Origin: an uncultured Eubacteriales bacterium
GTDB taxonomy: Bacteria > Bacillota > Clostridia > Peptostreptococcales > Anaerovoracaceae
Direction of reading: 5' to 3'
DNA length: 64,000 nucleotides
Assembly: GCA_900315125.1 (NCBI GenBank)
Contig: OMXT01000019.1
Coordinates: 1,240 to 65,239 of the forward strand
Shown piece after piece: positions 55,850 to 64,000 of the stretch; position 1 is the first letter of the stretch; each line of letters opens with the position of its first letter. The notes beneath the pieces were generated by a model. It saw only the letters and a program-made list of their open reading frames with translations. It made no database searches and was not told the origin of the DNA. A program made the position numbers and the translations under genes.

Positions 55850-57337
55850 ATGACGAACCTTTTTGACATGATCCCGGAAGGGTTCTTTAATCTGCTGAGC
55901 AGCGGGAGCAACAGCAGGGTATATGCAGACTGCCTGGAGCTGATCTATGACGAGTTCAGCCATGAAATATCTTACAGAGCCAGAAGGGAACGGATCAGGG
56001 ACATTCTGGCTTCTTATTTTCTTGAGCACAGGCTGGAGCCGGCAGACCAACTGGAACCGGCAGACGCATCGGGCGACGGTACTTCCGCGTCTGCCGCTCC
56101 CGCGGGTCTCAGCCCTCAGGATACCGCCAATGCCGTGCTGCGCCGCTTTACGGATCCCAGGATCGGTTGGTTAGAGGAGGACAATGACGACGAGACCTAC
56201 GAACGCCACATCGTCATGACCGAGTCCGGCATTCGGCTGGCGGAGCTGATGATCACGCTGAAAAAGCCAGAAAAAGAAGAATACACATCCTATATATTCG
56301 CTATCAGAAACTCCCTTTTGAGCCGGGAGCAGTGGGAGGCTGATCCCTATGTCAATGTGCTGAGGGATGTTTACCGGAACGCCCGCCTCCTGTCCAAATC
56401 CCTTAAACGTCTGTCTACATTTATCAAGAACATCATACAGGACATGGTCCAGGAACAGAGCCTGGAGAGCCTGACGGAGAACCTGCTGTCCTATTGCGAG
56501 GGCGATTTCATCCGGGAATACGCCCGTCTTTCCAAACAGCAGAACATCCGCATATACCGGCGTATGATCCAGGAAAAGCTGGATCATTTCCGGGATGACG
56601 AGGACACGCTGGAGCAGCTGACCAGTGCCTGCGCGGCAGAAGAAGAGCTGAGCGAAGAAGGAGCGCGGGAGCATGTGCTGGACATGATCCAGGGAACGCG
56701 TCAGTTCCTGAGTGATGATTATGACCAGATCATGAGGGATATAAAGCACAAAATCAATCTCTACCTGACCATCGCTATCGGGCGGGCAAGATTTCTGCGC
56801 AGCCGCTCCGCTGACGCCCGAGGCAGCGTGGAACAGGCGGTCCGTCTGCTGGTGAGCGAAACAGAGGCAACAGGACTGATGGACGAACTGCCCGAAGAAC
56901 AGCGAGCCATGTTTTTGTTCGATCAGAATGACTTTCTCGATGAAGGATCTTTGCGATACCCGGGACGCCAGCTTGCCATACGGAAAAGTGTATCACAGGT
57001 CTACCAGGAAATGACGGAGGAGGACATCGCTGAGGCGCGCAGAGCTCAGGAGAAAGCAGCAGCCAATCCCTATTCCCTTAAGCGGGTGGGAGAATATATT
57101 GAAGAGCAAATGGGCGACGTACGCCAGATCGAAGCGGAGCAGCTGCCGATGAACAGCCGGCGGGAACTGCTCATGGCTCTGGCTGCCGCTGTATACGGGC
57201 AGGAGCTGGGCTATGAGGTCATACCGGAGGAAGGCTATGTAGAGTCGCAGCAGCTGATGATCCGCAATTTCGCGATTCGAAGGAGAACGATGCAGAGAAG
57301 TGATATAGTGGAGGGGACGCAAACGCATGAATTTTGA
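55850..57337 (+). CDS. jetA: Wadjet JetA (kleisin-like, DUF3375-type)
   Basis: 495 aa, first of four overlapping genes whose sizes and order (about 495/245/1088/518 aa) match JetABCD. Assigned mainly by operon architecture. Confidence 0.7.
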   Translation: MTNLFDMIPEGFFNLLSSGSNSRVYADCLELIYDEFSHEISYRARRERIRDILASYFLEHRLEPADQLEPADASGDGTSASAAPAGLSPQDTANAVLRRFTDPRIGWLEEDNDDETYERHIVMTESGIRLAELMITLKKPEKEEYTSYIFAIRNSLLSREQWEADPYVNVLRDVYRNARLLSKSLKRLSTFIKNIIQDMVQEQSLESLTENLLSYCEGDFIREYARLSKQQNIRIYRRMIQEKLDHFRDDEDTLEQLTSACAAEEELSEEGAREHVLDMIQGTRQFLSDDYDQIMRDIKHKINLYLTIAIGRARFLRSRSADARGSVEQAVRLLVSETEATGLMDELPEEQRAMFLFDQNDFLDEGSLRYPGRQLAIRKSVSQVYQEMTEEDIAEARRAQEKAAANPYSLKRVGEYIEEQMGDVRQIEAEQLPMNSRRELLMALAAAVYGQELGYEVIPEEGYVESQQLMIRNFAIRRRTMQRSDIVEGTQTHEF

Positions 57338-58064
57338 AGAATACTGGGACAGCTGCACGGCGTCGGAGCGGGATCAGTTCCAGCGGACGGTCCGCCGGCT
57401 CCTGAAAACCACGTTTATTGTCCGTGACAAAGACGAGATCAGCAAGTCCGCTTATTTTTTCGTGTCGAAGCGGCAGGAAATGTTCACGGAATACCTGAAA
57501 TACATAGGTTTCGACGTAGCATTGGACAGGGACAACGGTGTAGTCATGCTCCGCAATGCAGCTGACTCTGCCGAATTTGGCAGGATCCAGTCCAACCGGG
57601 TGGCGCTGAAAAAGATCGACAGCATCATTCTCTGCAGCCTGTGGACCATCTATGCAGGGAAGATGAGGGACGGACTGGTAAAGAACGTCATGGTTTCTGT
57701 GGCTGAGCTGCGCTTTGAGCTGGAGAAGTTCGGCGTAAGAGAACAGGTGAACCGGAAGGTTCTGGAGTCATCTCTTAAACTGTTTTCCAAGTTCAATCTG
57801 CTGAAGATACACGGTGCTGTAGGAGAACCGGACTGCATGATACAGCTGTACCCCTCCATGCAGTTTGCCCTGGATACGGAAGCATTCCGAAAGTTCGTGA
57901 AGTCTGCGGCAGAACGCATGAACGAGAACCGGGAAGAGATCAGCTGGGTAATGTCTTCGGAGGAGTCATTGGAGGACGATGGGGCTGACCCGGATACGGA
58001 TAGTGAAGAGTCTGATCCTGAGGATGAGTTCTCAGAAAACGAATCGGAGGAGGAACGCCCATGA
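57327..58064 (+). CDS. jetB: Wadjet JetB (KITE-like, DUF4194-type)
   Basis: 245 aa with an acidic C-terminal tail; overlaps jetA by 11 nt. The segment LLKTTFIVRDKDE...YLKYIGFDVALDRDNGVVMLRN fits the DUF4194 pattern from memory. Confidence 0.7.
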   Translation: MNFEEYWDSCTASERDQFQRTVRRLLKTTFIVRDKDEISKSAYFFVSKRQEMFTEYLKYIGFDVALDRDNGVVMLRNAADSAEFGRIQSNRVALKKIDSIILCSLWTIYAGKMRDGLVKNVMVSVAELRFELEKFGVREQVNRKVLESSLKLFSKFNLLKIHGAVGEPDCMIQLYPSMQFALDTEAFRKFVKSAAERMNENREEISWVMSSEESLEDDGADPDTDSEESDPEDEFSENESEEERP

Positions 58065-61000
58065 AGGTCGTAAGCCGCAAGACAGCTACGAGAATGCAGA
58101 TCATAAACTGGTCTCGCTTTCAGAACGTAACATTCCGCATGGAAGGCTCCGTGCTGCTGACGGGAGCGAACGGCAGCGGGAAATCGACGATCCTGGACGC
58201 TGTCACATACCTGCTGACTGGAAATACTCAATTCAACAAGGCGGCAAAAGACAGAGACCGCACCGTGCTTTCCTACGTCCGTGGCGACACCAACAGCAAC
58301 GGTGCCCAGCGTTTTCTGCGGCAGGGCAGCGTCATATCCTATCTGGCTATGGAGTTCCGCTCGCCAACAGAGAAGGAAGTCTTCGTCTGCGGCGTATGCA
58401 TCGAGTCCGCCACAGAAGCGGATTACCGACCGAATTGGTTCGTGCTTCATGACACATCGCTTGAGGATGTCAATTTCGCCCGGGTGGAAGAGGGAAGGCT
58501 GATCGTCACGCCCAGGAATGAGCTGACCGCAGGCGGGCGCCCTGTCAATGCCCGTGCGTTCATGGCCAGAGATACGGGCGTCCGGCAGGTCATGCGTGCC
58601 ATGGGACTGCGCTACGATCCCCGGAAATACCGTTCCAAGCTCATCCGCATGCTGGCATTCAATCCGGAAAATAATATTGACCGGTTCATCCAGGACTGTG
58701 TGCTGGATCCGGGCAAAGTCGATTCTCTGAAGGAAGTCCGGGAACAGCGGGAGAAGTTCGAGGAGCTGAAGCGCCTTTACGACAATCTGCGGGGTTGCAG
58801 GGATAAACTGGAGATCTGCGAGCAGCGCGCCCGGGATTACGAAGGGCGGCGGAGGCGCCTGCGCATCGATGAGATGATGCTGGATCATCAGGAGCTCTGC
58901 GCCCTGAAGCAGGAGACAGAAGAGAGCCAGCGCCGGGAGGCCTTTCTGGAACAAAGGCTTGTTCGCCTGGGTGACCAGATCCTGTCCGCGGAAAGCGATC
59001 TGAAAGATGCGGAGCAGCGCCTTATCGTCGCCAGGACCAATGACGTTTATTCCGGCATGAAGAATACGATCAGCGAACTGGAACGCCAGAAGGATCGAAT
59101 GGAAGGGGAGCAGCAGCGGTACCGGGAGCAGATCCGGGAGCTTACTGCGCTCAGAAAGAAACTGGAGTCATTCCTGCAGATGAAGGCGGAAGGTCCAGAA
59201 GAGAATTCCATGAGACTCAGTCCTCAGGACTCCCAGGCGATCACAGAGATGGACCAGGCGGGAAACATGACTGAAGAGCAGAAGGAAGGCTCTTTCCGCC
59301 GCATTGCGGAGGAGGGGAGCAGACTCACACGTTATCTGGGACGGCAGGTCTGGTCCCTGGAAAATCAGTGTGAAGAATATCGGCAGAGACGGGAAGAGCT
59401 CAGCAAACAGATCCACTCTCTGGAAGCGAATATTCAGGTGTTTCCAAAGGAGGCGGAGTCCGTCCGGCAGACACTGGCGTCCGAACTGGAGAAAAGAGGC
59501 ATTCATACTGACGTGCGCTTCGTCGCTGAGCTCGTTCAGGAGGTAAAAGACCCGGGATGGAGAAAGGCGATAGAGACGTTCCTGGGACGGCGCCGGTTCA
59601 ATATCATCATCGACGGAAAATACTGCGGGGACGCGCTGGAGATCGTGAGGGAGAAGTCCCTAAACGGTACAGGCGTCATCATTACGGATCAGCTCCCCGA
59701 CCGGGAGGAAGAACCGGGATCCGCGGCGGAGCAGCTGACGGTTCCCAATATCTTTGCCCGCCGCTACCTGAATTATCTGCTGAACGGGATCCATCTCTGT
59801 GATACGCTGGACGAGCTCCATGAGCATCCGGCAGGAGCGCTTATGAAGGACGGCATGCTGGCAAAGAGCTATGCGGCGTCCCGGATGAATATGAGAAAGA
59901 CCGTTGTCTACTTCGGCAAAGACGCGATCCGCCTGCAGCTCCGGTCTGCCCGGGAGGAAATGAAGCAGCTGGAACAGGAGATGGAAACGGCAGAGAAGGC
60001 TTTGTCCCAGAACCGCAGCAGAGCAGATGCGCTGCGCCGCATCGATTTTTCCGCGGACCGCTATCACATGGATGCTCCGGAGCGCAGCAGGGACACCGCT
60101 GCCCGTATAGACCGGACAGAAAATGAAATCCGCGAGATCCAGGATAACCCGGACTTTCTGGCCGTAATACAGGAAGTGGAGAATGCGGAAGAGGCAAGGA
60201 AACGTGCGGAGCAGGAGCGGAACCGGATCCAGAAGGACCAGATGACATGCCAGCTGAAAGCGGAGGAAGAACGGGCGAAGCAGCAGGAGCTGTCGGAGCA
60301 GATCTGCGCTGCACAGGAAGCCTGCCGGCAGTCCCAGAGCCAGTATCCGGAGCTGGTGGATGTCATGAAAAAGGAATACGAAGAACGGCGCAGGCGCCTT
60401 GGACGGCCAAGAGTCCTGCAGCAGCAGACGGTACAGAAACTGAGGGGCGAACTCAGTGAAAAATACGAGAATGCGCTGATCTCTGCCCAGCTGGACTACT
60501 GCCGGCTGGCGGGTGCGGATATGAATCGGTTCGGTCCGTCCTATATCAGCTTTTACCGAGATGAGTACCGGGATGTAGCGAATGTCAGGATCGAGGAAGC
60601 TCAGAGCCGCCTGGACAGTCAGGGCGACCGGCTGGAGAGCGCGTTTATGACGGACTTCGTGGCGGAGCTGAATGAGAAGATCCGCGCTGCCCGTGGGGAG
60701 CTCAGCGCCATAAACAGGGAACTTCGGGAACTGCCCTTTGGGCAGGATACCTATCGGTTCGTCGTCAGGGAAAAGGCGGACCGGGCGCCCTTCTTCCGGA
60801 TCTGCCGCGGGCTGGAGAAGTATATGGACAATGCGGAAGCCTACATGAATTCTGACCGCAGCGACGAAGCCATGGAGACGGATATCCGTGAGTTTATGAA
60901 CATGATCCTCGATGAAGAGGACGAGTCAGAATATACGGATTACCGAAAATACTTTACATATGATATGGAGATCACCAGCCGCCAGGGCGGGGAAGAAGTC

Positions 61001-61327
61001 CAGGCGGAGCTCTCGCGGAAGCAGGGCTCGGCCAGCGGCGGCGAAAAACAAACGCCCTATTTTATCATTCTTGCGGCGAGTCTGATGCAGTGCTATCCCA
61101 GAAACGTCTGCTGCGCCCGTCTGGCCTTTATCGACGAAGCCTTCTCCGCCATGTCGCCGGAACGGATCGAGCAGATGGTTCGTTACTTTAACGACAACGG
61201 ATTCCAGGTCATCTACTCCGCGCCTCCGGAGAAGATCGGGAGCATCGGGGAGCACGTGGGTTCCATCGTGAGCCTCGTCATGACCGGAAGGTACACCAAT
61301 GTGGTAGAGGGGCTGATTGAAGTATGA
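58061..61327 (+). CDS. jetC: Wadjet JetC (SMC/MukB-like ATPase)
   Basis: Walker A GANGSGKST at the N-terminus, about 700 aa of coiled coil, then C-terminal ASGGEKQ signature and Walker B LAFIDEAF. ATGA overlap with jetB. Confidence 0.85.
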   Translation: MKVVSRKTATRMQIINWSRFQNVTFRMEGSVLLTGANGSGKSTILDAVTYLLTGNTQFNKAAKDRDRTVLSYVRGDTNSNGAQRFLRQGSVISYLAMEFRSPTEKEVFVCGVCIESATEADYRPNWFVLHDTSLEDVNFARVEEGRLIVTPRNELTAGGRPVNARAFMARDTGVRQVMRAMGLRYDPRKYRSKLIRMLAFNPENNIDRFIQDCVLDPGKVDSLKEVREQREKFEELKRLYDNLRGCRDKLEICEQRARDYEGRRRRLRIDEMMLDHQELCALKQETEESQRREAFLEQRLVRLGDQILSAESDLKDAEQRLIVARTNDVYSGMKNTISELERQKDRMEGEQQRYREQIRELTALRKKLESFLQMKAEGPEENSMRLSPQDSQAITEMDQAGNMTEEQKEGSFRRIAEEGSRLTRYLGRQVWSLENQCEEYRQRREELSKQIHSLEANIQVFPKEAESVRQTLASELEKRGIHTDVRFVAELVQEVKDPGWRKAIETFLGRRRFNIIIDGKYCGDALEIVREKSLNGTGVIITDQLPDREEEPGSAAEQLTVPNIFARRYLNYLLNGIHLCDTLDELHEHPAGALMKDGMLAKSYAASRMNMRKTVVYFGKDAIRLQLRSAREEMKQLEQEMETAEKALSQNRSRADALRRIDFSADRYHMDAPERSRDTAARIDRTENEIREIQDNPDFLAVIQEVENAEEARKRAEQERNRIQKDQMTCQLKAEEERAKQQELSEQICAAQEACRQSQSQYPELVDVMKKEYEERRRRLGRPRVLQQQTVQKLRGELSEKYENALISAQLDYCRLAGADMNRFGPSYISFYRDEYRDVANVRIEEAQSRLDSQGDRLESAFMTDFVAELNEKIRAARGELSAINRELRELPFGQDTYRFVVREKADRAPFFRICRGLEKYMDNAEAYMNSDRSDEAMETDIREFMNMILDEEDESEYTDYRKYFTYDMEITSRQGGEEVQAELSRKQGSASGGEKQTPYFIILAASLMQCYPRNVCCARLAFIDEAFSAMSPERIEQMVRYFNDNGFQVIYSAPPEKIGSIGEHVGSIVSLVMTGRYTNVVEGLIEV

Positions 61328-62880
61328 GTAATAAATTGCAGCCAGGCACAGCATCCTCCCCGGACGAGAACATGCTGACCGCCCGCGAACAGGACGCAGC
61401 GATGCCCCTCAGCAAAAGACAGAAAACAATCTTATCCCTCCTGCTGAATAAATACGAGTCAAGCCGCACGTACCGGGGCGAAAACCAGGTCCGCCAGACA
61501 TTCGCCATTACGCCGGAGCAGGTGATGCCGGATTACCATTCCGATTTTGCCGATGTGGCCGACGTCGAAATATTCGAGCGGGAGCTGCGGGATCTGGAGC
61601 GGACCGGGCTGATCACAACTGAAGAAAAAAGCGGAGAAACAGCCCGTATTGTCGCTGCCGCCGGAAAATTTTCTGACTATTACAGTCTGCTCGGTCGCCG
61701 GGAACTGAGGGATCAGGAGAACCAGGAACTCGCTTACTACAAAGGCCTGCTCGGCCGTCATCCGGTGATGGACGGGTTCTGTGAGGAGCAGATCCGGCGC
61801 CTCTCTGATGGGAAGAAAGCCAGATATCCGCTGGATGAAGCGAGGGATATCCTGAAGGCCATGGAATATATTCTGACTAATGAGGAGGACATCCTGGAAA
61901 GGGAGCTTTCCATCGAGCTCTATAGAGATTCCAAGCTGTTTGCCGCCAGGTACCGGAGCAGAGTCGTCCGGCTGCTGGAACGCTACGGCGACGGGGCGGT
62001 CAGGGCTTTGTCAGAGGAGCAGATGTCCCCTCGGGAGCGGGAGGAACAGATCCTGGAAGCCCACGGCATCTATGCTAATCCCACGTATATTTATATGAAA
62101 GGGTCCGGGCGGCTGTATTTCTGCAGCGATCCGCATGTTCTCGGTGATTCGCATATCCATAGCGATTCGTCCGCGCCTGCAGGAGACGACGGGCTGTCAA
62201 AAAGTGGGGGAGCGGCTGCGGACACTGTAATGACCGTGCAGCCGGATTTCGCTGTGGCGTTGTCCTCCGAAGCGCTCCGCCGACTCGTTAGAGTGGAGAT
62301 CGATTCGGATACGGTGATCACTGTGGAAAACCTGACATCCTTCAGCCGGATGAAGCCGGAGGTGGTTCTGCCTGAGACAGCAGTTCCCAGCGAAGCATCT
62401 GGCGATGTTTCGACCCAGCCCGCTTTCCTTATTTATCTCAGCGGGTACCATAATCTGGACAAGCAGAAGTTTCTTCAGCTGATCCGCAGGCGGGATCCTG
62501 CCTGCGCCGGTGCCGCCGAGAAGGATCCCGCCGGGACTGCTCCTGCCCGCGCAGTCCCGAATTGTTCGATTCCGAGCCTTTCAGATGACAGAGCTCCGGA
62601 TCTCACCGATATTCGCTGGCTGCACTTCGGCGATCTGGATCCGGATGGATTCGACATCCTTGAGAATCTGAAGAGCCGGACAGGTCTGCCATTTCAGCCT
62701 TATCGGATGGACGCGTCTCTGCTCCAGAAGTACGAGAACTATGGACGCCCTTTGAATGCCAACGACCGTACCAAGGCCGAAAACCTGATCGAGCAGGGAA
62801 TGTATGTGCTCCAGCTGTCCTACATGCTTGAGCACGACTGCAAGCTGGAGCAGGAAATCATAAGCTGGAAAGAATTGTGA
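61324..62880 (+). CDS. jetD: Wadjet JetD (Toprim-domain nuclease subunit)
   Basis: C-terminal Toprim-like HFGDLDPDGFDILENLK. ATGA overlap with jetC. At 518 aa it is longer than typical JetD because of low-complexity inserts. Confidence 0.75.
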   Translation: MSNKLQPGTASSPDENMLTAREQDAAMPLSKRQKTILSLLLNKYESSRTYRGENQVRQTFAITPEQVMPDYHSDFADVADVEIFERELRDLERTGLITTEEKSGETARIVAAAGKFSDYYSLLGRRELRDQENQELAYYKGLLGRHPVMDGFCEEQIRRLSDGKKARYPLDEARDILKAMEYILTNEEDILERELSIELYRDSKLFAARYRSRVVRLLERYGDGAVRALSEEQMSPREREEQILEAHGIYANPTYIYMKGSGRLYFCSDPHVLGDSHIHSDSSAPAGDDGLSKSGGAAADTVMTVQPDFAVALSSEALRRLVRVEIDSDTVITVENLTSFSRMKPEVVLPETAVPSEASGDVSTQPAFLIYLSGYHNLDKQKFLQLIRRRDPACAGAAEKDPAGTAPARAVPNCSIPSLSDDRAPDLTDIRWLHFGDLDPDGFDILENLKSRTGLPFQPYRMDASLLQKYENYGRPLNANDRTKAENLIEQGMYVLQLSYMLEHDCKLEQEIISWKEL

Positions 62881-62973
62881 GTTGATTCCCTGCTCGAAAG
62901 AGCTTTGGTCAGACTCCGCGAATCGTCTTGCCGTCCTCGTTTTGCTGTCTGTGCATTGCTGTTCTCGACTTGC

Positions 62974-63385
62974 CGTCTACCCGATGGCGTATAGTAGCCG
63001 AGGGTAGATAACCATCGGTCTGTAAACTGCCCATGATAGAGTAAAACCGGGCGTATAGGTCTACCCGCCGGCGTTTAGCGGTCGCGGGTAGACAACCATC
63101 GGTCAGTAAATGGCTCATGGTAGACTAAATCAGGGCCTACAGGTCTACCCGTTGGCGTATAGCGGCCGAGGGTAGACAACCATCGGTCAGTAAATGGCTC
63201 ATGGTAGACTAAATCAGGGCTTACAGGTCTACCCGCCGGCGTATAGCAGCCGAGGGTAGATAACCATCGGCCAGTAAACTGCCCATGGTAGAGTAAAACA
63301 GGGCGTATAGGTCTACCCGATGGCGTATAGCAGCCGCGGGTAGATAACCGGCAGCCGGCAAACGGTATGTGGTAGATGGCCCAGA
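62974..63385 (+). repeat. tandem array, ~4.9 copies of an 84-bp unit (right array)
   Basis: The GGTAGA(C/T)AACC register is at 63003, 63087, 63171, 63255 and 63339, an exact 84-bp period. The motif layout matches the left array (GGTAGAYAACC - 21 - GGTAGAC/G - 16 - GGTCTACC - 21). Copies 2 and 3 are nearly identical. Confidence 0.9.
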
Positions 63386-63432
63386 AGAATCGGTTATCAA
63401 ACGAGAGCAAGTCAATCACTAAGTAACCGCTA

Positions 63433-64000
63433 TTAGCCAAGCAATTGTAAGAATTTTTTATAGGCGGAAGGAATGGCGTATATACGGGAAATGTCGGAAA
63501 CAGGGACCCAAAGCAAGCGGGCGCCCGAGGAGCTTTCCGAATCAGCAATATCAGAAGCATCCGCGGAAACTTCTGCATCTGCAGACTGCGTGATTGCCGC
63601 CTGCCAGTCTGCTGCCCATCCGCCCGCTTCCTGCCTGTCTGCGGACAAGGCGTCTGCAGCCCGCCTGCCTGCATTCCAGCCATCGACAATGATCTGGTAA
63701 CCGGTCATGTGCCACTCGATATGTGAAAATATGTGTTTCGCCGGCGCAGTCTTCTGGATGCTGCCGACGTGAAAACCCAGGGACTCCACCCATTGGCACG
63801 CCTCCGCTTCAGTAAGTGTTCCCACTAGATTAGGAAATTCGAACATGCCCGCAAGGAGACCTTCCGGCGGACGATGCCTGAGCAGGACATATTCATCGCA
63901 AATAGGCGATGCGGCTGCCGTGTCAGTGAACTGCGGCGATTCCGGCTTTACTGCTGTCATCCCGGCCCGCACGTGCCCCCGGACCACAAGCACCGTCCGG
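63433..64000 (-). CDS. mutY: A/G-specific adenine glycosylase MutY, C-terminal (Nudix-like) part; 5' end outside window
   Basis: EGLLAGMFEFPN and KHIFSHIEWHM motifs of the MutY C-terminal domain. The frame stays open to the window edge. It contains an A/D/S-rich insertion of about 50 aa. Confidence 0.75.
   Translation of the reverse strand, partial: RTVLVVRGHVRAGMTAVKPESPQFTDTAAASPICDEYVLLRHRPPEGLLAGMFEFPNLVGTLTEAEACQWVESLGFHVGSIQKTAPAKHIFSHIEWHMTGYQIIVDGWNAGRRAADALSADRQEAGGWAADWQAAITQSADAEVSADASDIADSESSSGARLLWVPVSDISRIYAIPSAYKKFLQLLG

Noticed and set aside
54034-63432. Integrase, transposase or terminal inverted repeats defining the Wadjet block as a classical mobile element; also checked for the polC-rimP islet at 26345-29820.
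   Set aside because: No recombinase-like ORF (no tyrosine or serine recombinase or DDE motifs) and no tRNA or att-like target duplication were seen in or next to either block.

Overview
64-kb chromosomal segment from a fairly GC-rich Firmicute, judged Clostridia-like from gene order and a Gram-positive-type polC. No rRNA, tRNA, CRISPR array, integrase or transposase was recognised. All calls come from reading the six-frame translations and the DNA by eye, with no searches run. The backbone is housekeeping. It starts with a DD-carboxypeptidase, arcA, bioY, hcp (minus strand), sbcDC, a relP-like alarmone synthetase with a two-component system, glycerate kinase, nudC and trxB. Then comes the classic block pyrH-frr-uppS-cdsA-dxr-rseP-ispG-polC ... 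rimP-nusA-ylxR-L7Ae-infB-(EFR1 ferredoxin)-rbfA-nrnA-truB-ribF ... rpsO-pnp. It ends with a racemase-family gene, a MoxR/VWA pair and the 3' end of mutY. Accessory or unusual content: (1) A Nudix gene coupled to a four-gene Wadjet-type jetABCD operon (54841-62880). This block is bracketed by two tandem arrays (54266-54760 and 62974-63385) with the same exact 84-bp period and the same GGTAGAC / GGTAGAC / GGTCTACC motif geometry, but unrelated linkers. I consider this the most interesting unexplained structure. (2) An AT-richer orphan gene with a PD-(D/E)xK-like C-terminus beside that locus. (3) A minus-strand four-gene operon (43397-46680) encoding a URO-D-family protein fused to a thioredoxin-like domain, a CobW-like GTPase, a Cys-rich protein and a lipoyl-like small protein. 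(4) A polC ORF that lacks the proofreading exonuclease domain. (5) A decayed AT-rich islet between polC and rimP with two pseudogenes, a DUF2442 gene and an orphan ATPase. (6) A phased array of five 38-bp bipartite elements (4113-4444) in a convergent gap. Many long antisense ORFs in the track are GC-driven shadows and were rejected.
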